A stretch of DNA of 64,000 bases, taken from NCBI GenBank assembly GCA_010093995.1, contig ML992501.1, positions 2,421,320 to 2,485,319 of the forward strand, given 5' to 3'. This document shows, piece by piece, positions 61,501 through 64,000 of the stretch. The notes below the pieces were generated by a model. That model saw only the letters and a list, made by a program, of their open reading frames with translations, was not told the DNA's origin and made no database searches. Positions within the stretch are counted from its first letter, which is position 1. Each line of letters opens with the position of its first letter. The translations under genes and the position numbers were made by a program. Source of the stretch: Elsinoe ampelina. Its lineage: Eukaryota.

Positions 61501-64000
61501 CCGTCTTCGTGACCTTGCATGCTTTAGGTGCCACCGCTTTTCCAGTCAGGAGCCTCGCATGGGCGTGACAGGGAGCAAAAAGAAAATCGCAGGTACAACG
61601 CGAGCGGACTGGGATCCTCCAAGCAAAAAAGCTTTGACATCTGCCAGGGGGTGTTGATTCTCCACAGAACGACAACGATGTCTCCACAAATAATGATGCT
61701 CATCTAGCAAATCCATCATAGACCTCAAACGATAATCGCAAAAGCCCTCGTCCTGTCTGTGCGGCATGGTTCCAAACGAGAAGCTGGGCGCATGCTGTCA
61801 ATTATCGTGAGTTTGGTCAGAGGGAACCTAGCGACGCCGAGAAAGCGCCACTCGGCTGCACTCCCACGCCCATTGCCCCTAATTCGACAGCGCCGAATCC
61901 TCTTCATCGGGCTCTCGATAACTACAGTAGATGATGCTCACTGTCGATCGCTGTCGAAAATGCAACAAGCACTGATGTTCTAGTTTCGGTTTTACGCGCC
62001 CAAGGCTTCGGTCTTGGTTGTGATAATCCACAAATGGGCAAGCGATATTTTCAGCTCGTCAAGATGGTTTGGATAGCCTGAAGCCATGCCAATATTCATG
62101 TCGGAAATAGCGGGACATCTCGACCGAACTGTCAACAAGGCGATCTTCCTCTTCCGGAGGATGAGCAAAGTATACAGTAGCGGGCACCATCATCCGTGCT
62201 TCAGAATTTGATGGATGCAGGTCCAGCGATCCGGCCGAGGTGCGTCTTGCTTGCATAACCAAAGTCTGTCCATGAGTCGCGACAAGTTCCCTGGTTCGCA
62301 ACAGACAAGGGTGGGTAAAGCTTAAAGCGGATATCCCGCCCTGCAGCATGCGTGTGATGCGACTCGAAAGGAAATCTGGGAGAGCAAGCGGCTGATGCGT
62401 AGATCTTCCGTCCCCGCCTTGCCTCAGGTGAAGCACAAGGACATCCATCTCGCAGCTTTCCTTTGTTCTCTCGTGGGCAGCTGAACACAACCCACGCGCC
62501 ACCTTGCGAGTACAGACAATTGCTCACGAGGATCGAGGCCCAGAAACTCAGGTTGCCCACCATCAATTGATCTTCCGTCCAAGACGGATACCTATTACTC
62601 CATTCGTGCAACCGAGCGGGATGTGCATAGCCTACGAGTCAACACCTGCCACGTAGAATGCTCTGCCTCGCACGCCATGCTGAATCCGACCAGTAGCGCA
62701 AGCCACACTCTTCGCAGGACAAAGTCCAAGACTAGGGCGTAGCTTGCAACGCCGACCAGTCGCGGCCCTCCAAAAACAAACTTCAACGACAGGGATGAGA
62801 CGGAAGAAATCCAGCTCGGCGGAGTACTTGATGACCTGTAGACTTTTCCCACCATCGCAACCGGGACGGACTATCACCCAATTGCGGGCCCCACAGCCCA
62901 CCGTGTCATGTCCGTTGATTGGATCTTCCCTGATCCTCCTTTACCACTCTGTCGGGATTCTAGTAGCGCCAAAATTGCCTTTTTCTCACCGCTCCTTATT
63001 GCAATATCGTCTCGGAGCCTCATTCCCTCCCAAATCGACACCCCCATCGAGCAAGAAAAGGGCCGAGGACTTGCCAAATCTACCCCGAGCCGATGGACAG
63101 GGGGAGCCAGTGACGACTTCTCGTTGAGGCGAACACTGGCCCAACCAACTCCTCTCGCTAGCCGGGATCACGCAAGGGTCGTGGGAGCCCGTGACACATG
63201 ATTCTGCTTCCCGGTCCGACAAAGCAAACATGGGAAGAACTCGATTGATCACGGAAAGGGGGTCAAGTTGAAGCGAAGCAATCGATGGGCGGAAAAGACG
63301 AAGCTATCATCAATGGCGCTCCATCATGTCGCCAGTCTGTACGTAAGCGTCGACGGTTCGTGAAATTGGGGCCCTATATGTCCACTGAAAATCCTGCATC
63401 TTCCCTTGTCATGGTCCGCTACGCAGGTGTGCTGGAAGCTGCAGGCAGAGTAGTGGTTCGGCACGGTGCGAGATGCAGGCAGACTTGCATTGTGCAGCCC
63501 CGGCCTTTTGGAGGTGTGGGAAATCCATGGGCTGCTAGGCTGGTTGCGCCCCGAGAGGTTTCCACCGCCCAGGTCGAGACGGTCTTTTTGCTTGCCTTGT
63601 GATTGCCCCCTTTGTGGTCTTGGGTCGTGGCGGTCTGCATGAGTTGTGGTCGGGCGGTCTGCAATGCACGTTTGCTGGAGTCCCTTGCCATGTTCGAAAC
63701 ATCATGCATGTTTCAGATCGATGTCTCGGGGTGCTGGTTCGTCCCTTGCGGCGGCCGCCAGCGTTACTCGTGCAGCGGTTTGACATGTGTCAGATGCGTG
63801 GTCGTGAAGATGATCGGCATCTGGCGGTGGACGAGTCAAGGACTATCTGAAACGATGTCTTGCATATATCACGCTTGACACAAAACGAATGGCAACGTCA
63901 TTTGCCTATAGTGATGAGTGACGGCCCGGTATAGCACGTGTAGGTACAGCTGCGCATTTCATTATATGGCTATTCATAGGGCCTTTTGCTCGAATAGGTG

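Noticed and set aside
59000..64000. Numerous 60-230 aa ORFs
   Set aside because: Overlapping on both strands with no motifs, coherent exon structure or codon bias.

Overview
Gene-dense DNA from a filamentous ascomycete, probably a Dothideomycete (inferred from short GT-AG introns with CTRAC branch points and from RIP). The window holds about 18 protein genes: FPR3/4 fragment, NASP/Sim3, DPB2, GH43, two EthD-like genes, a hypothetical gene, CFT2, a GPR1/FUN34 permease, GH131, an ACSS3-type CoA ligase, a GGTQ-repeat orphan, IMP3, HIS7, a large secreted PAN/apple protein, PRP2, a TPS1-like gene, MPE1, antizyme and StuA. A 15.3-kb RIP-destroyed block (2326-17620) resolves into a Mutator-like DNA transposon with 45-bp TIRs, an 11-bp TSD, a DDE/CxxH transposase relic, extra gene relics and a repeat array. 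A complete 7-kb Ty3/Gypsy chromovirus is nested inside it. The most unusual signal is a tRNA-Arg(CCT) gene (34894-35026, minus strand). Its acceptor stem forms only after removal of a 54-nt spliceosomal-type intron (GTAAGT...CCTGAC...AAG), and it also carries a 7-nt canonical anticodon-loop intron. Other highlights are a GUU-UGA antizyme frameshift site and recurrent C-rich to G-rich skew flips. All calls come from manual reading; no database searches were run.
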